Part shown: positions 9,494 through 17,812 of the stretch, in pieces
Numbering within the stretch: the first letter of the stretch is position 1
Layout: the number at the start of each line of letters is the position of its first letter
IMG/VR virus record: IMGVR_UViG_3300033068_000287
Location: 85,498-122,024 of that record
Direction: 5' to 3' (one strand)
From: a virus
Taxonomy: Duplodnaviria; Heunggongvirae; Uroviricota; Caudoviricetes
DNA: 36,527 nucleotides
The notes under the pieces: model-generated
What the model was told of the DNA's origin: nothing
Database searches by the model: none
Seen by the model: the letters and a program-made list of their open reading frames with translations, nothing else
Made by a program: the position numbers and the translations under genes

Positions 9494-9543
9494 TTTATGC
9501 GCTATATCGTATAATTCCACTTTATGCGTTAATTCGTATAATT
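9494..9543. repeat. two 23-bp imperfect direct repeats with 27-bp period, each roughly palindromic
   Basis: TTTATGCGctataTCGTATAATT (9494-9516) and TTTATGCGttaatTCGTATAATT (9521-9543), 20/23 identical. Confidence 0.85.
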
Positions 9544-9561
9544 ATGTAAAATAAAAATATC

Positions 9562-9590
9562 TTGCTTTTTCCTTTGTTCTATAGTACAAT
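9562..9590 (+). promoter_or_regulatory. sigma70-type early promoter
   Basis: TTGCTT (9562-9567), 17 nt, TACAAT (9585-9590), with an A/T-rich UP-like region upstream. Confidence 0.7.
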
Positions 9591-9620
9591 TGTCTTAACA
9601 ATTGAGATAGGATTAAGCGT

Positions 9621-9878
9621 ATGGATATGAATTCCCCTAAAGTTTATAACAAATATAAAAATCCACCTAAAGATGCTGTTTATGTTGGACGTGGAAGTCC
9701 ATGGGGAAATCCGTTTGTAATTGGTAAAGACGGTAATCGTGATGATGTTTGTGATAAGTTTAGAGACGAAGTTTTGCCTAATTTAGACGTAACAAGTCTA
9801 AAAGGTAAAGATTTAGTTTGTTTCTGTTCGCCGCAAAGATGCCATGCAGATGATATTCTAAAGAAAGCGAACCAATAA
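9621..9878 (+). CDS. DUF4326 family protein
   Basis: VYVGRGSPWGNPF.IG.DG.RD.V...F...L.GKDLVCFC.P..CHAD.L. Confidence 0.85.
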   Translation: MDMNSPKVYNKYKNPPKDAVYVGRGSPWGNPFVIGKDGNRDDVCDKFRDEVLPNLDVTSLKGKDLVCFCSPQRCHADDILKKANQ

Positions 9879-9879
9879 G

Positions 9880-10080
9880 ATGAAACAGATTAATGGAGAC
9901 CTAAAAGGATTATCGTCAAAACTACAAAAAGAATATGAGGAAGAATTAAAATCTATTCCTGATTTTGCCCTTGACTTACCTATCAATAATCACTTAAAAT
10001 CATTTGATGAATACATGGTATGGCGTAAGAAAGTTAATAGCTTGTTTACGTCTGATGATAACGCGAAAAATTTACTATAA
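9880..10080 (+). CDS. hypothetical protein
   Basis: 66-aa ORF immediately after the upstream stop. Confidence 0.5.
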   Translation: MKQINGDLKGLSSKLQKEYEEELKSIPDFALDLPINNHLKSFDEYMVWRKKVNSLFTSDDNAKNLL

Positions 10081-10106
10081 TTTTCTTAGAGAGAAAGATA
10101 TACATT

Positions 10107-11180
10107 ATGACCGTAAGTGAAAAAACACGCATTAAACGCCACAAAATTGCAAACGCTGTTGATGGATATGCAGCACCAGACTTTGAAAAGATTGTTAAAG
10201 GCAATCCAAATTACAATATGGAATTAACAAATGCCATGAATTATTCAGCATATGTTTTTGAAGCAGAAGAACAAAAAAGTTTTGCTAAACAATATGCGCG
10301 TGGTATTGGCATTGATTTGTCAAATGTTCCATCTTGGGAATTGGTGCATCTTGGTACAATGTCCTGGTTGCTTATTAATGATGCGTATCTTGCTAACGTT
10401 TCTGTTTATACAGATCGTATGAAAGCACTAGAAGAACAATACAAGAAAACAGATAATGTTGTTGCTATTGTTTCTGCTGCCGATACAAAGACACATAAAA
10501 TCATTGGCGAACTTGAAGGAATTTTGGATGATATGTATTTGTCTAAAGCTGATGTTTCGCCTTTGGAAGTTATTGAATCCATCGAAGGTCGCGGCATCAA
10601 CTATGAAAAGATTCACAATCATTTCAAAGCGCAACTGGATCAAATTAATGATCCAGAATTCGCAGAAGCATACGAAAATGTATCTGCTGCTAATAAGAAA
10701 AAAATGATTGCATCTTTGACAGAAATTCTTAAAGACTTGGAAAAATTCTTGTCTGTTAAGAAATCTGCACCAGTTAAAGCAAAGAAAATTCGTATTGCTA
10801 AACCGAAAAAAGTCGTTCCATCGAAACTTGTTCGCAAATTGATTTATTTGAAAGAGTTTCCAGAACTTAATCTGAAATCAATCCAAGCAGAAAAGATCAT
10901 TGGTGCAAGCGTTGTATGGGTATACAATACAAAGACACGGAAACTCGGTCAGTACATTGCTAAAGATGGTATTGGTATCATGGCTAAAGGTTCAACATTG
11001 CTGAACTATGACGAAACATTGTCTGTATCTAAGACATTGCGTAAGCCGCAAGAGACGCTTGATAAATTGAATCGTGCTGGTAAAGTCGAACAGCGTAAGT
11101 TATTAGAAGAAATTCGTGCTGTTGGTTCAGTGATGAACGGCCGTATTAACAAAGACACAATCTTAGTAAAGGTATATTAA
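10107..11180 (+). CDS. conserved T4-like phage hypothetical protein
   Basis: 357 aa; C-terminal IIGA..VWVYNTKTRKL..Y......KGSTL..YD...SVSKTLRKP...GRIN..TIL recalled from marine T4-like phages. Confidence 0.7.
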   Translation: MTVSEKTRIKRHKIANAVDGYAAPDFEKIVKGNPNYNMELTNAMNYSAYVFEAEEQKSFAKQYARGIGIDLSNVPSWELVHLGTMSWLLINDAYLANVSVYTDRMKALEEQYKKTDNVVAIVSAADTKTHKIIGELEGILDDMYLSKADVSPLEVIESIEGRGINYEKIHNHFKAQLDQINDPEFAEAYENVSAANKKKMIASLTEILKDLEKFLSVKKSAPVKAKKIRIAKPKKVVPSKLVRKLIYLKEFPELNLKSIQAEKIIGASVVWVYNTKTRKLGQYIAKDGIGIMAKGSTLLNYDETLSVSKTLRKPQETLDKLNRAGKVEQRKLLEEIRAVGSVMNGRINKDTILVKVY

Positions 11181-11182
11181 CC

Positions 11183-11359
11183 ATGGGTGTTGTTTTAGAT
11201 ATCTTAGCCATTATCATTGTGGCAATGCTTATTCTATCAATTCTTACTGCTGCGGCCGTAACACTAGTTGTACACTTTGGTGCTGCAAACGTAATAGCTG
11301 GATTTGTCATGCTTATGATTTTATGGGCAATATTGAGGGTGGTTAGTTTCCATGTCTAA
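11183..11359 (+). CDS. small membrane protein (58 aa, two hydrophobic helices; not in ORF track)
   Basis: MGVVLDILAIIIVAMLILSILTAAAVTLVVHFGAANVIAGFVMLMILWAILRVVSFHV. Confidence 0.6.
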   Translation: MGVVLDILAIIIVAMLILSILTAAAVTLVVHFGAANVIAGFVMLMILWAILRVVSFHV

Positions 11360-11531
11360 TAAATTAGCACAAAAAATTATTGATGATATTCTAGATAAAG
11401 GACTAGCAGATTCTACTTTTCGTGATAAGTATCCAGAAGCGTATGAAGAACTGCTATTCTATAGAGTAGATATGGTGACGAAAGTTACTAAAATTATCAC
11501 AAAAGAAAACAAGAAAGTAAATAAATCATGA
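11352..11531 (+). CDS. hypothetical protein (59 aa; not in ORF track)
   Basis: MSNKLAQKIIDD...; GAGG RBS; fills the gap and overlaps the next ATG. Confidence 0.55.
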   Translation: MSNKLAQKIIDDILDKGLADSTFRDKYPEAYEELLFYRVDMVTKVTKIITKENKKVNKS

Positions 11532-11758
11532 CTTATATTCTGATTGAAGGATTTGACGAAGAATATGGTATTGAAGCCCTTTATAAGGTGAGGGCGTTTA
11601 ATACAATAGATGAAGCTAAAGCAGAAAGCAGTAAACGTCATACAGATGCCTGTAGTGATAACTTTGAAGATTTTGAACCTTTGGAATGGTATTCTGATGC
11701 TGATGGCGAAGAATATGCTTTTGGTTGTGGATTCTTCTATCAAATCGTAACGGTGTAA
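11528..11758 (+). CDS. hypothetical acidic protein
   Basis: 76-aa ORF, ATGA-coupled. Confidence 0.55.
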   Translation: MTYILIEGFDEEYGIEALYKVRAFNTIDEAKAESSKRHTDACSDNFEDFEPLEWYSDADGEEYAFGCGFFYQIVTV

Positions 11759-11759
11759 T

Positions 11760-12044
11760 ATGACCAATTCATTCCGCAGATATGGCATTCAACTAGGATT
11801 AACAATCTTTAAAAAAGCCTTATATCTGAATATTCATCCGTTTTACTTTAATAGACCGGTGTTTATTCACGGCAGTTATAATAGCTTTTCTTCAGAGCAT
11901 TCTTTTGATTTACATCTAGGAATATTTCATCTTTGGGATTTTAATTCAAGAGATACATTGTTTGCTATCGAAGTGCAGACAACAGAAAATATGTTCTGGA
12001 ACGAACCACTAACCATTCCACCAAACGCTAAGAGAATATTTTAA
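11760..12044 (+). CDS. hypothetical protein
   Basis: 94-aa ORF in the tightly packed run. Confidence 0.5.
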   Translation: MTNSFRRYGIQLGLTIFKKALYLNIHPFYFNRPVFIHGSYNSFSSEHSFDLHLGIFHLWDFNSRDTLFAIEVQTTENMFWNEPLTIPPNAKRIF

Positions 12045-12047
12045 ATC

Positions 12048-12299
12048 ATGACAAACGAAGAAATTGAACTAATTAAGAAAACACTAAAAATAGCAATGGT
12101 CTATGATCCTCTTTGCCAAGATAAAAATGAAATGCCGAGCATTGAATTATGGACAGAAGCTATGGAAAAGTTCCATAAACAAAATCCAGCAGGACCAAAT
12201 CATACCAAAGAAAACGATACCACAGTCAATATGATTTGTGCTGCAACGTTTCTATTGATTGCAAAATCTGTATTAGAACATTTTGAAAAGAATAAATAA
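12048..12299 (+). CDS. hypothetical protein
   Basis: 83-aa ORF in the tightly packed run. Confidence 0.55.
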   Translation: MTNEEIELIKKTLKIAMVYDPLCQDKNEMPSIELWTEAMEKFHKQNPAGPNHTKENDTTVNMICAATFLLIAKSVLEHFEKNK

Positions 12300-12396
12300 T
12301 TATATGAACAAAACACAACTAACGCCAATTTTTCGCCGTGTAGTAATTCTACAAAAACAAATGGTATATAAATGCCCTAAGTTTGTAACTTATGGC

Positions 12397-12425
12397 TTGC
12401 GTTTCCATATGTTTTAGTATATAAT
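12397..12425 (+). promoter_or_regulatory. sigma70-type early promoter
   Basis: TTGCGT (12397-12402), 17 nt, TATAAT (12420-12425); TAAGGT RBS follows. Confidence 0.7.
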
Positions 12426-12445
12426 ATACAGTGTAAGGTAATATA

Positions 12446-12676
12446 ATGAATAACGCGACTTATGCTATCCAAGTACCATGGCCAGATTTTGTAACTGGCG
12501 AAACATCATGGCTTTACGTCCTAGGCGGAGATCGTAATGATCTAGGAGACTATGACGTATTGACTTTTCCAAACGAAGAATCCGCAAAAGAAATCAGTAA
12601 ATCATTCACAAACTCCAAAGTAGTGCAGTACAAACATGACAAACATGACAAACATGACAAAACCGAACAAGACTAA
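12446..12676 (+). CDS. hypothetical protein
   Basis: 76 aa; first gene after the promoter; C-terminal KHD repeats. Confidence 0.6.
   Translation: MNNATYAIQVPWPDFVTGETSWLYVLGGDRNDLGDYDVLTFPNEESAKEISKSFTNSKVVQYKHDKHDKHDKTEQD
12630..12661 (+). repeat. 9-bp tandem repeat ACAAACATG x3 plus a partial copy
   Basis: acaaacatg acaaacatg acaaacatg acaaa, read directly. Confidence 0.9.
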
Positions 12677-12893
12677 AAAAAGCAAAAAACAAACAGCCGT
12701 AATTTTGGACTTTGATTCCTATCGCTCCAAACAGTTAATCAATAAGCTATGCGGCAAATATCATATGCCAGCATCATTTTTTGAGCCTATGATTACAGAA
12801 TTGCGCAAACATAACATTATCAGTTGCGATAAAATGGAAAAAGAAATTGACTTTTTCATGCACATTAGAGAATACCAAGGAATTACCGTATAA
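12636..12893 (+). CDS. hypothetical protein (three alternative in-frame ATGs from the repeat)
   Basis: MTNMTNMTKP...; ends 2 nt before rnh. Confidence 0.55.
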   Translation: MTNMTNMTKPNKTKKSKKQTAVILDFDSYRSKQLINKLCGKYHMPASFFEPMITELRKHNIISCDKMEKEIDFFMHIREYQGITV

Positions 12894-12895
12894 CT

Positions 12896-13753
12896 ATGCC
12901 TGTACTATTAGACTTTAGCCAGATTGCTATCAGTAACTTTATGACTACTCCGGGAGTGCATAAAGGAACAATTGATGAACTTTTACTACAGCATATGATT
13001 CTTAATTCCATTAGAGCATATAAACAAAAGTTTGGAGACAAATATGGCGATTTAATTATTTGCTGCGACTCTAGACATTATTGGAGGAAAGACATTTTTC
13101 CTCATTACAAATATAAACGTAAAGAAGATCGTGAAAAATCATTGATCGATTGGACAGAAGTTTATAAAATTGTAGACAAAATGAAAAACGATTTGCGCGA
13201 AAACTTTCCGTATCGAGTTATGGAAGTTCATGGCGCAGAAGCTGATGATGTTATTGCTATTCTAGCAAAGCATTCAAAAACTGATGTTATGATTATCGGA
13301 TCAGATAAAGATTATATTCAGTTGCACAAATATGAACATGTTGCACAGTATTCTCCTAAATCAAAAGAATTGGTTGTTTGTGATGATCCTACCACACAAT
13401 TGAATGCTTTGATTATTACCGGAGATAAATCTGATGGTATTCCTAATATCAGATCAAGTTCAGATTGCTTTGTAAAGGGCAAACGTCAATCGTCAATTAC
13501 AGAAAAGAATTTGAATAGCTGGTCAAAACTTACAGACCCTAAACAATTCTGTGATGGTATGGAAATGCGTGATAATTATACACGCAATAAAGACTTAATC
13601 GATTTTGATTTTATTCCTAAACGAATTGAAGATGCTATTTTAGCTGAATACGAAGCAGAATCTTTGCGCGAACGTGGCAATAAAATGAAGATTATGGACT
13701 ATTTTGCAAAGAATAAAATGCGCAATCTATTACAGGACCTTAACCAGTTTTAA
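12896..13753 (+). CDS. rnh: T4-type RNase H / 5'-3' exonuclease
   Basis: LLDFSQI, ICCDSRHYWRKDIFPHYK.KR, GAEADDVIA, GSDKDYIQL, GDKSDGIPNI. Confidence 0.92.
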   Translation: MPVLLDFSQIAISNFMTTPGVHKGTIDELLLQHMILNSIRAYKQKFGDKYGDLIICCDSRHYWRKDIFPHYKYKRKEDREKSLIDWTEVYKIVDKMKNDLRENFPYRVMEVHGAEADDVIAILAKHSKTDVMIIGSDKDYIQLHKYEHVAQYSPKSKELVVCDDPTTQLNALIITGDKSDGIPNIRSSSDCFVKGKRQSSITEKNLNSWSKLTDPKQFCDGMEMRDNYTRNKDLIDFDFIPKRIEDAILAEYEAESLRERGNKMKIMDYFAKNKMRNLLQDLNQF

Positions 13754-13756
13754 TAC

Positions 13757-13960
13757 ATGTCTAAAAATTATAAAAACTTTAAAACTACTCTTAAAAAATT
13801 AGCTGAATCTTGTCAGAATAATCCTGATGATTTTGATGATGAAGAATTCTACAGACAAGAGCAAACAGAAAAAGATAAGTATAAAAGTAAACAACTCAAT
13901 AAATTAAATATGATGGATGAAACAGAACATGCCGATTCTCAACCCTACACCAGAAAATGA
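13757..13960 (+). CDS. hypothetical protein
   Basis: 67-aa ORF between rnh and dut. Confidence 0.5.
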   Translation: MSKNYKNFKTTLKKLAESCQNNPDDFDDEEFYRQEQTEKDKYKSKQLNKLNMMDETEHADSQPYTRK

Positions 13961-14453
13961 CCATCCACGCAAAAAATGCACAGGATGCCAAAATAAGACA
14001 CCACCAGTAAATATTCCATTGGTTGTTGATACTTCCCAAATACATGCTACAGAAGATCATGTTCCAGAAAGAGCGACAACAGGAGCCGCAGGTTATGATT
14101 TAAAATCTGTTGAAGAATATTACTTACAGCCTGGCGAAACAAAACTAATTAAGACCAGTTTCTGTTGGTGTATTCCTGAAGGATATGTTGGAATGGTATG
14201 CAGTCGTTCAGGACTTGCTTTGAAACATAGTGTTTTTGTACTTAATGCGCCGGGGATTGTTGATAGTGATTATCAGGGAAATGTTGGAATTATTCTACAC
14301 AATGCAAGCAGCGGTGCATTTGTCATCAAACCGGACGACAGAATCGCACAAATGGTCATCGTCAAATCGTTCCCTGCCGTGTTTACGGTTGTTGAACAGT
14401 TTAATGAAAATTCCTTGCGTGGCTCTGGTGGGTTTGGTTCCACCGGCGTTTAG
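13917..14453 (+). CDS. dut: trimeric dUTPase
   Basis: GAAGYDL, SRSGLA, NAPGIVDSDYQG, DRIAQMV, RGSGGFGSTG (motifs I-V). Confidence 0.95.
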   Translation: MKQNMPILNPTPENDHPRKKCTGCQNKTPPVNIPLVVDTSQIHATEDHVPERATTGAAGYDLKSVEEYYLQPGETKLIKTSFCWCIPEGYVGMVCSRSGLALKHSVFVLNAPGIVDSDYQGNVGIILHNASSGAFVIKPDDRIAQMVIVKSFPAVFTVVEQFNENSLRGSGGFGSTGV

Positions 14454-14472
14454 AATAAAGAAAAGAAACTTA

Positions 14473-14808
14473 ATGTCAAAAGATTTTGATGATTTTTTAA
14501 ATATGAATATTGCCGAACAAATTGCTGCGGCAAAGGGATCACACTTTGGTCAAATCGGAACAAGACAATTATTTGGACTTAGATGTTTGGAAGTTAAACC
14601 TATTCCTGACGTAAAGATCAATGGCGTTCCAATGAGACAGAATTTGATTATTTTCGAAAATGCACAGGGAAATAGATTCCAAACAAGATACTCTGGTAAG
14701 ACAAGGTTCGAAGCAGAAAAAGTCTACACATTGAAAGCTACTATTAAAGACCACACTATTGTTCACAATGTTAATACTACATTGTTACATAAGATTTTGA
14801 TTCAGTAG
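14473..14808 (+). CDS. hypothetical OB-fold-like protein with N-terminal FDDFL motif
   Basis: Likely start ATG 14473 (MSKDFDDFLNM); the upstream part of the track ORF overlaps dut; HFGQIG...ATIKDH...T.L pattern. Confidence 0.6.
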   Translation: MSKDFDDFLNMNIAEQIAAAKGSHFGQIGTRQLFGLRCLEVKPIPDVKINGVPMRQNLIIFENAQGNRFQTRYSGKTRFEAEKVYTLKATIKDHTIVHNVNTTLLHKILIQ

Positions 14809-14817
14809 GAAACGAAT

Positions 14818-15336
14818 ATGGCATATGATGATTATTTTGGTAGAATGACTGTAAGTAAAAAAGAAAAAACTACAGCAGCAACATTATCTAAAATAACAGA
14901 ATTATTTTCTCTTATTCATAATATTGATAATGCTTTGTCTAGGGTAGAAGGGTTAGAGAAAAAAACATTTATAGACTATGGGTTTATAAACCCTCTTACT
15001 GATACTAAAGGTATGATAGAGGATTATATTAATGATAGTTTTAATTCTGTTATTGATGCTGCTAAAAAAGATATCGTGGCAAATCTTATAACAGCAAAAG
15101 CTGTAGTTGTTAAAACGCTAGATGTAGAATTCGATGTTGAATACTCTCCAGGAGACGTTATCGGTAAATATAATTCAAACTATGGAACGGAAATTGCAGA
15201 TTATACCAAATTAGTGGCTACGAATTCTATACCAGCTATTACTCCCAGTAAAGGAACACCATCTATTTCCCGAGTCCGTATAGAAGAATTAATAGATAAA
15301 GCGTTATCAGAAGCTAAAATAACGACTACAAGTTAG
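14818..15336 (+). CDS. hypothetical protein
   Basis: TAGGA RBS; 172 aa; converges on the minus-strand cassette. Confidence 0.6.
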   Translation: MAYDDYFGRMTVSKKEKTTAATLSKITELFSLIHNIDNALSRVEGLEKKTFIDYGFINPLTDTKGMIEDYINDSFNSVIDAAKKDIVANLITAKAVVVKTLDVEFDVEYSPGDVIGKYNSNYGTEIADYTKLVATNSIPAITPSKGTPSISRVRIEELIDKALSEAKITTTS

Positions 15337-15931
15337 AATGCATATTTAAACCGTCTCCTTCAAACTTTTCCGATACATGGAACGGAAAGTATGGAGCAAG
15401 TTTATCAATATCACCGGAATCATATGCAAGTATAGGAAAGTTTTCGATGCTTTTCTTTTGTACAACAATAGAGATATTATAGCCGTATTGGCCGTAATAT
15501 GCATGTTTTAAATCATAGCCAGCAACAATAAGATGATACATCAATAGGCCTAGATTGAATAAGTTTAAATGGCCACCAACAATCTTATGTTTTAATGGTG
15601 GAACAGTAATACACAAAACTCCACTTTCTTTTAAATCTTTATGTGTTTTTCTTAAAAACTTTTGAACGTCTAATTGATGCTCTAGAACATGACTTGCCCA
15701 TATTGCATCGAATTGTCTACCATTAAAATCAATGTCAGTATATACACCGATATGGTCGGCATTAGGAAAGAAATCGTTTGTTTCTACAGATAGTCCAGCA
15801 GCACTCATTAAATCAGAATGTCTTCTATCTTCGCCGCAACCAATATCTAAAACTGTTTTAGCATTAGTTTCTGTACAAAGTTTAATGAATCGTTTTAGTC
15901 CTAATTCGGAACGTTGATATACTCTTGACAT
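15326..15931 (-). CDS. class I SAM-dependent methyltransferase
   Basis: VLDIGCG, FDAIWASHVLEH, L...G.L.ITVP; likely start MSRVYQ at 15931, TAATG-coupled to the upstream stop. Confidence 0.85.
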   Translation of the reverse strand: MSRVYQRSELGLKRFIKLCTETNAKTVLDIGCGEDRRHSDLMSAAGLSVETNDFFPNADHIGVYTDIDFNGRQFDAIWASHVLEHQLDVQKFLRKTHKDLKESGVLCITVPPLKHKIVGGHLNLFNLGLLMYHLIVAGYDLKHAYYGQYGYNISIVVQKKSIENFPILAYDSGDIDKLAPYFPFHVSEKFEGDGLNMHSNL

Positions 15932-16782
15932 TATGTGTTTACTAGTCCTTGTTCTAAATGTTCCCATGCTGTGCCGTCAGATAGTTCATATTCTAGCCAC
16001 TGACAATAAGCTAATTTATTGCACCATGTTTTTCTGTCTGGTTCTGTATAAATGTCACTATGCAAATTATGTTGTGTTACGTTATACGCCATTGATCCTA
16101 TATCCCATGATATTGTAGGAATACCGCGCAGAACAGAAATAACTCCAGAATTGCTAGAAAACGTTACAGTAAATTTAGCATGTTCTAGAGATTGTTCTAA
16201 TGATTCGTTAGTGTCTATTGTATAAACTAAACCTCTTGATTCTGGAATAAACATGATTTTATCCAAAGGATGTGGTCTGAAAACAACAGGAATATTTAAT
16301 TCGTTTAGTTCTTTAATGACTTTTTCATACCATCTATGGATATTAACATGTCTGACTGAAGCGTCTGTTTTTACCTGTCCAATTAACAAAGCGTATTTGC
16401 CAGTCTCTTTTGTAGTAGTTCTCCATGGAAGCAGATAATCGCTAAAATGCTTATTCCATCTATCTGAATCTGTTATGTTTTTTGTATAGAAATTTGCGTT
16501 TCCGTTTAGGCCATTGTATCCTAACGACACCCATTCGAAGCGATTAGCAACATAAGCGCGTTCCATAACAAGATACGGCAAACCTCTTGATTTTTGAGCA
16601 TTGATTATCTGTCCTTTCTTGTGTGCCCAGAATACTGCTAAGTCTGAACAATCGCTAGGAGAGAATGAAGTTTTGATTTGAACATTCTTATATCCATGCT
16701 TTTTCATTCCAGCCGCTAATGCTTCAGCATATCTGGATTGATGTACTTTTGTTGTATAGAACGTTATTTTTGAATTTTTCAT
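15931..16782 (-). CDS. capsule-synthesis-like (KpsS/LipB-type) GT-B glycosyltransferase-like protein
   Basis: VMERAY, LLIGQV..DAS, VVFRPHP, SLEQ.L......VTFSSNSGV..VL.GIP; ATGs at 16788 and 16782. Confidence 0.7.
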   Translation of the reverse strand: MKNSKITFYTTKVHQSRYAEALAAGMKKHGYKNVQIKTSFSPSDCSDLAVFWAHKKGQIINAQKSRGLPYLVMERAYVANRFEWVSLGYNGLNGNANFYTKNITDSDRWNKHFSDYLLPWRTTTKETGKYALLIGQVKTDASVRHVNIHRWYEKVIKELNELNIPVVFRPHPLDKIMFIPESRGLVYTIDTNESLEQSLEHAKFTVTFSSNSGVISVLRGIPTISWDIGSMAYNVTQHNLHSDIYTEPDRKTWCNKLAYCQWLEYELSDGTAWEHLEQGLVNT

Positions 16783-16787
16783 TAACA

Positions 16788-16795
16788 TATTTATA
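16788..16795 (-). promoter_or_regulatory. T4-type late promoter
   Basis: Exact TATAAATA on the minus strand, 5 nt upstream of ATG 16782. Confidence 0.7.
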
Positions 16796-16806
16796 GAATT
16801 ATTTTC

Positions 16807-16834
16807 TTGACATTAACATAACTTGTGATATACT
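16807..16834 (+). promoter_or_regulatory. sigma70-type early promoter with extended -10
   Basis: TTGACA (16807-16812), 16 nt, TG-a-TATACT (16829-16834). Confidence 0.7.
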
Positions 16835-16840
16835 GTATAC

Positions 16841-17137
16841 ATGATGATTAGAAAAATTTTATTGATTGCTGGTATGTGCTTGGCATTAGTTCCTGTGAAC
16901 GTGAATGCCGAGACCGTTACAATCCATGTAGGCGTTACAGTTGTTAACGCTGATACGTTTGGACTAACAGATAAAGAATTTTTAGAGGAAGGGACACCAA
17001 CAGACCCAAATAGCACATTTTGGAAAACAAAACAGTGTTGTTTGCAGTTGCGTTCCCATAGAGGACTTATGTCCGATTATTGTAAAGTTCCAGAAATGGA
17101 ACCAAGATTCAAATATTGTGAAAACTATTTAAAATAA
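16841..17137 (+). CDS. putative secreted/periplasmic protein
   Basis: Signal peptide MMIRKILLIAGMCLALVPVNVNA; four Cys in the C-terminal part. Confidence 0.6.
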   Translation: MMIRKILLIAGMCLALVPVNVNAETVTIHVGVTVVNADTFGLTDKEFLEEGTPTDPNSTFWKTKQCCLQLRSHRGLMSDYCKVPEMEPRFKYCENYLK

Positions 17138-17153
17138 TAAAAAGAAAGAAAAC

Positions 17154-17474
17154 ATGGCAAAAGTATTTAAACTAGTATCTGGTGAAATCGTTATTTGTAA
17201 CAGCTATAAAGTATCTGAACCTGGAGTTATTCGTGCAGAAAAACCTCATGTTATTCAGCTATCTATGGGACAGAATAATAAACCGGAAGTATCATTCTAT
17301 CCATACAAGCATTCTCCATTTGCACAGAATTTAGTTCCTGCAGAAGAAGGTTTTGAAACTTTCAAAGAAATTAACTTAATGTCATTTGAGGAAGCTAATG
17401 ACGAAATCACAAAGTTTTATAAACAAATGATTAGTCCAATTATTCAAACAAACACAGGATTGATTTTACCATAA
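17154..17474 (+). CDS. T4-like Sm-like domain protein
   Basis: FKLVSGE.VI...P..I......F.PY...Y....S.II.....LILP pattern typical of T4-like Sm-like proteins. Confidence 0.6.
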   Translation: MAKVFKLVSGEIVICNSYKVSEPGVIRAEKPHVIQLSMGQNNKPEVSFYPYKHSPFAQNLVPAEEGFETFKEINLMSFEEANDEITKFYKQMISPIIQTNTGLILP

Positions 17475-17511
17475 TGGAAAAGCAAAAATTTAGAGCAAAC
17501 TTATTTAAATC

Positions 17512-17745
17512 ATGACAATTCCAGATATTAAATCATGCCCGTTTTGTGCATCAAATAAAGTAATGTATTCTAGCAGATTTTCTGGAAGTCAATATCGTGC
17601 GTCTGTCTATTGTGATACATGTCACGCATACGGTCCTAGAATTTTATCAGAATCTGTAAAAGGAATGGATTATCAAAAGCGCAGGGAATTGCAAAACTGT
17701 CTTATTCTAAAAAAAGATGCAATTGAAGCATGGAACAGTCGATAA
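17512..17745 (+). CDS. Lar-family (restriction alleviation) zinc-finger protein
   Basis: IKSCPFCAS...VYCDTCHAYGP...AIEAWNSR. Confidence 0.7.
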   Translation: MTIPDIKSCPFCASNKVMYSSRFSGSQYRASVYCDTCHAYGPRILSESVKGMDYQKRRELQNCLILKKDAIEAWNSR

Positions 17746-17750
17746 TTATA

Positions 17751-17779
17751 TTGACAATTCTATAATACTGCGATATACT
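17751..17779 (+). promoter_or_regulatory. sigma70-type early promoter
   Basis: TTGACA (17751-17756), 17 nt, TATACT (17774-17779); TAAGGA RBS downstream. Confidence 0.8.
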
Positions 17780-17812
17780 GCATATCTAAATTAAAACTAT
17801 TAAGGATATATT

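Noticed and set aside
9494-9543. Mini-CRISPR array
   Set aside because: Only two units with a 4-nt spacer, and no cas genes; no CRISPR array found anywhere in the window
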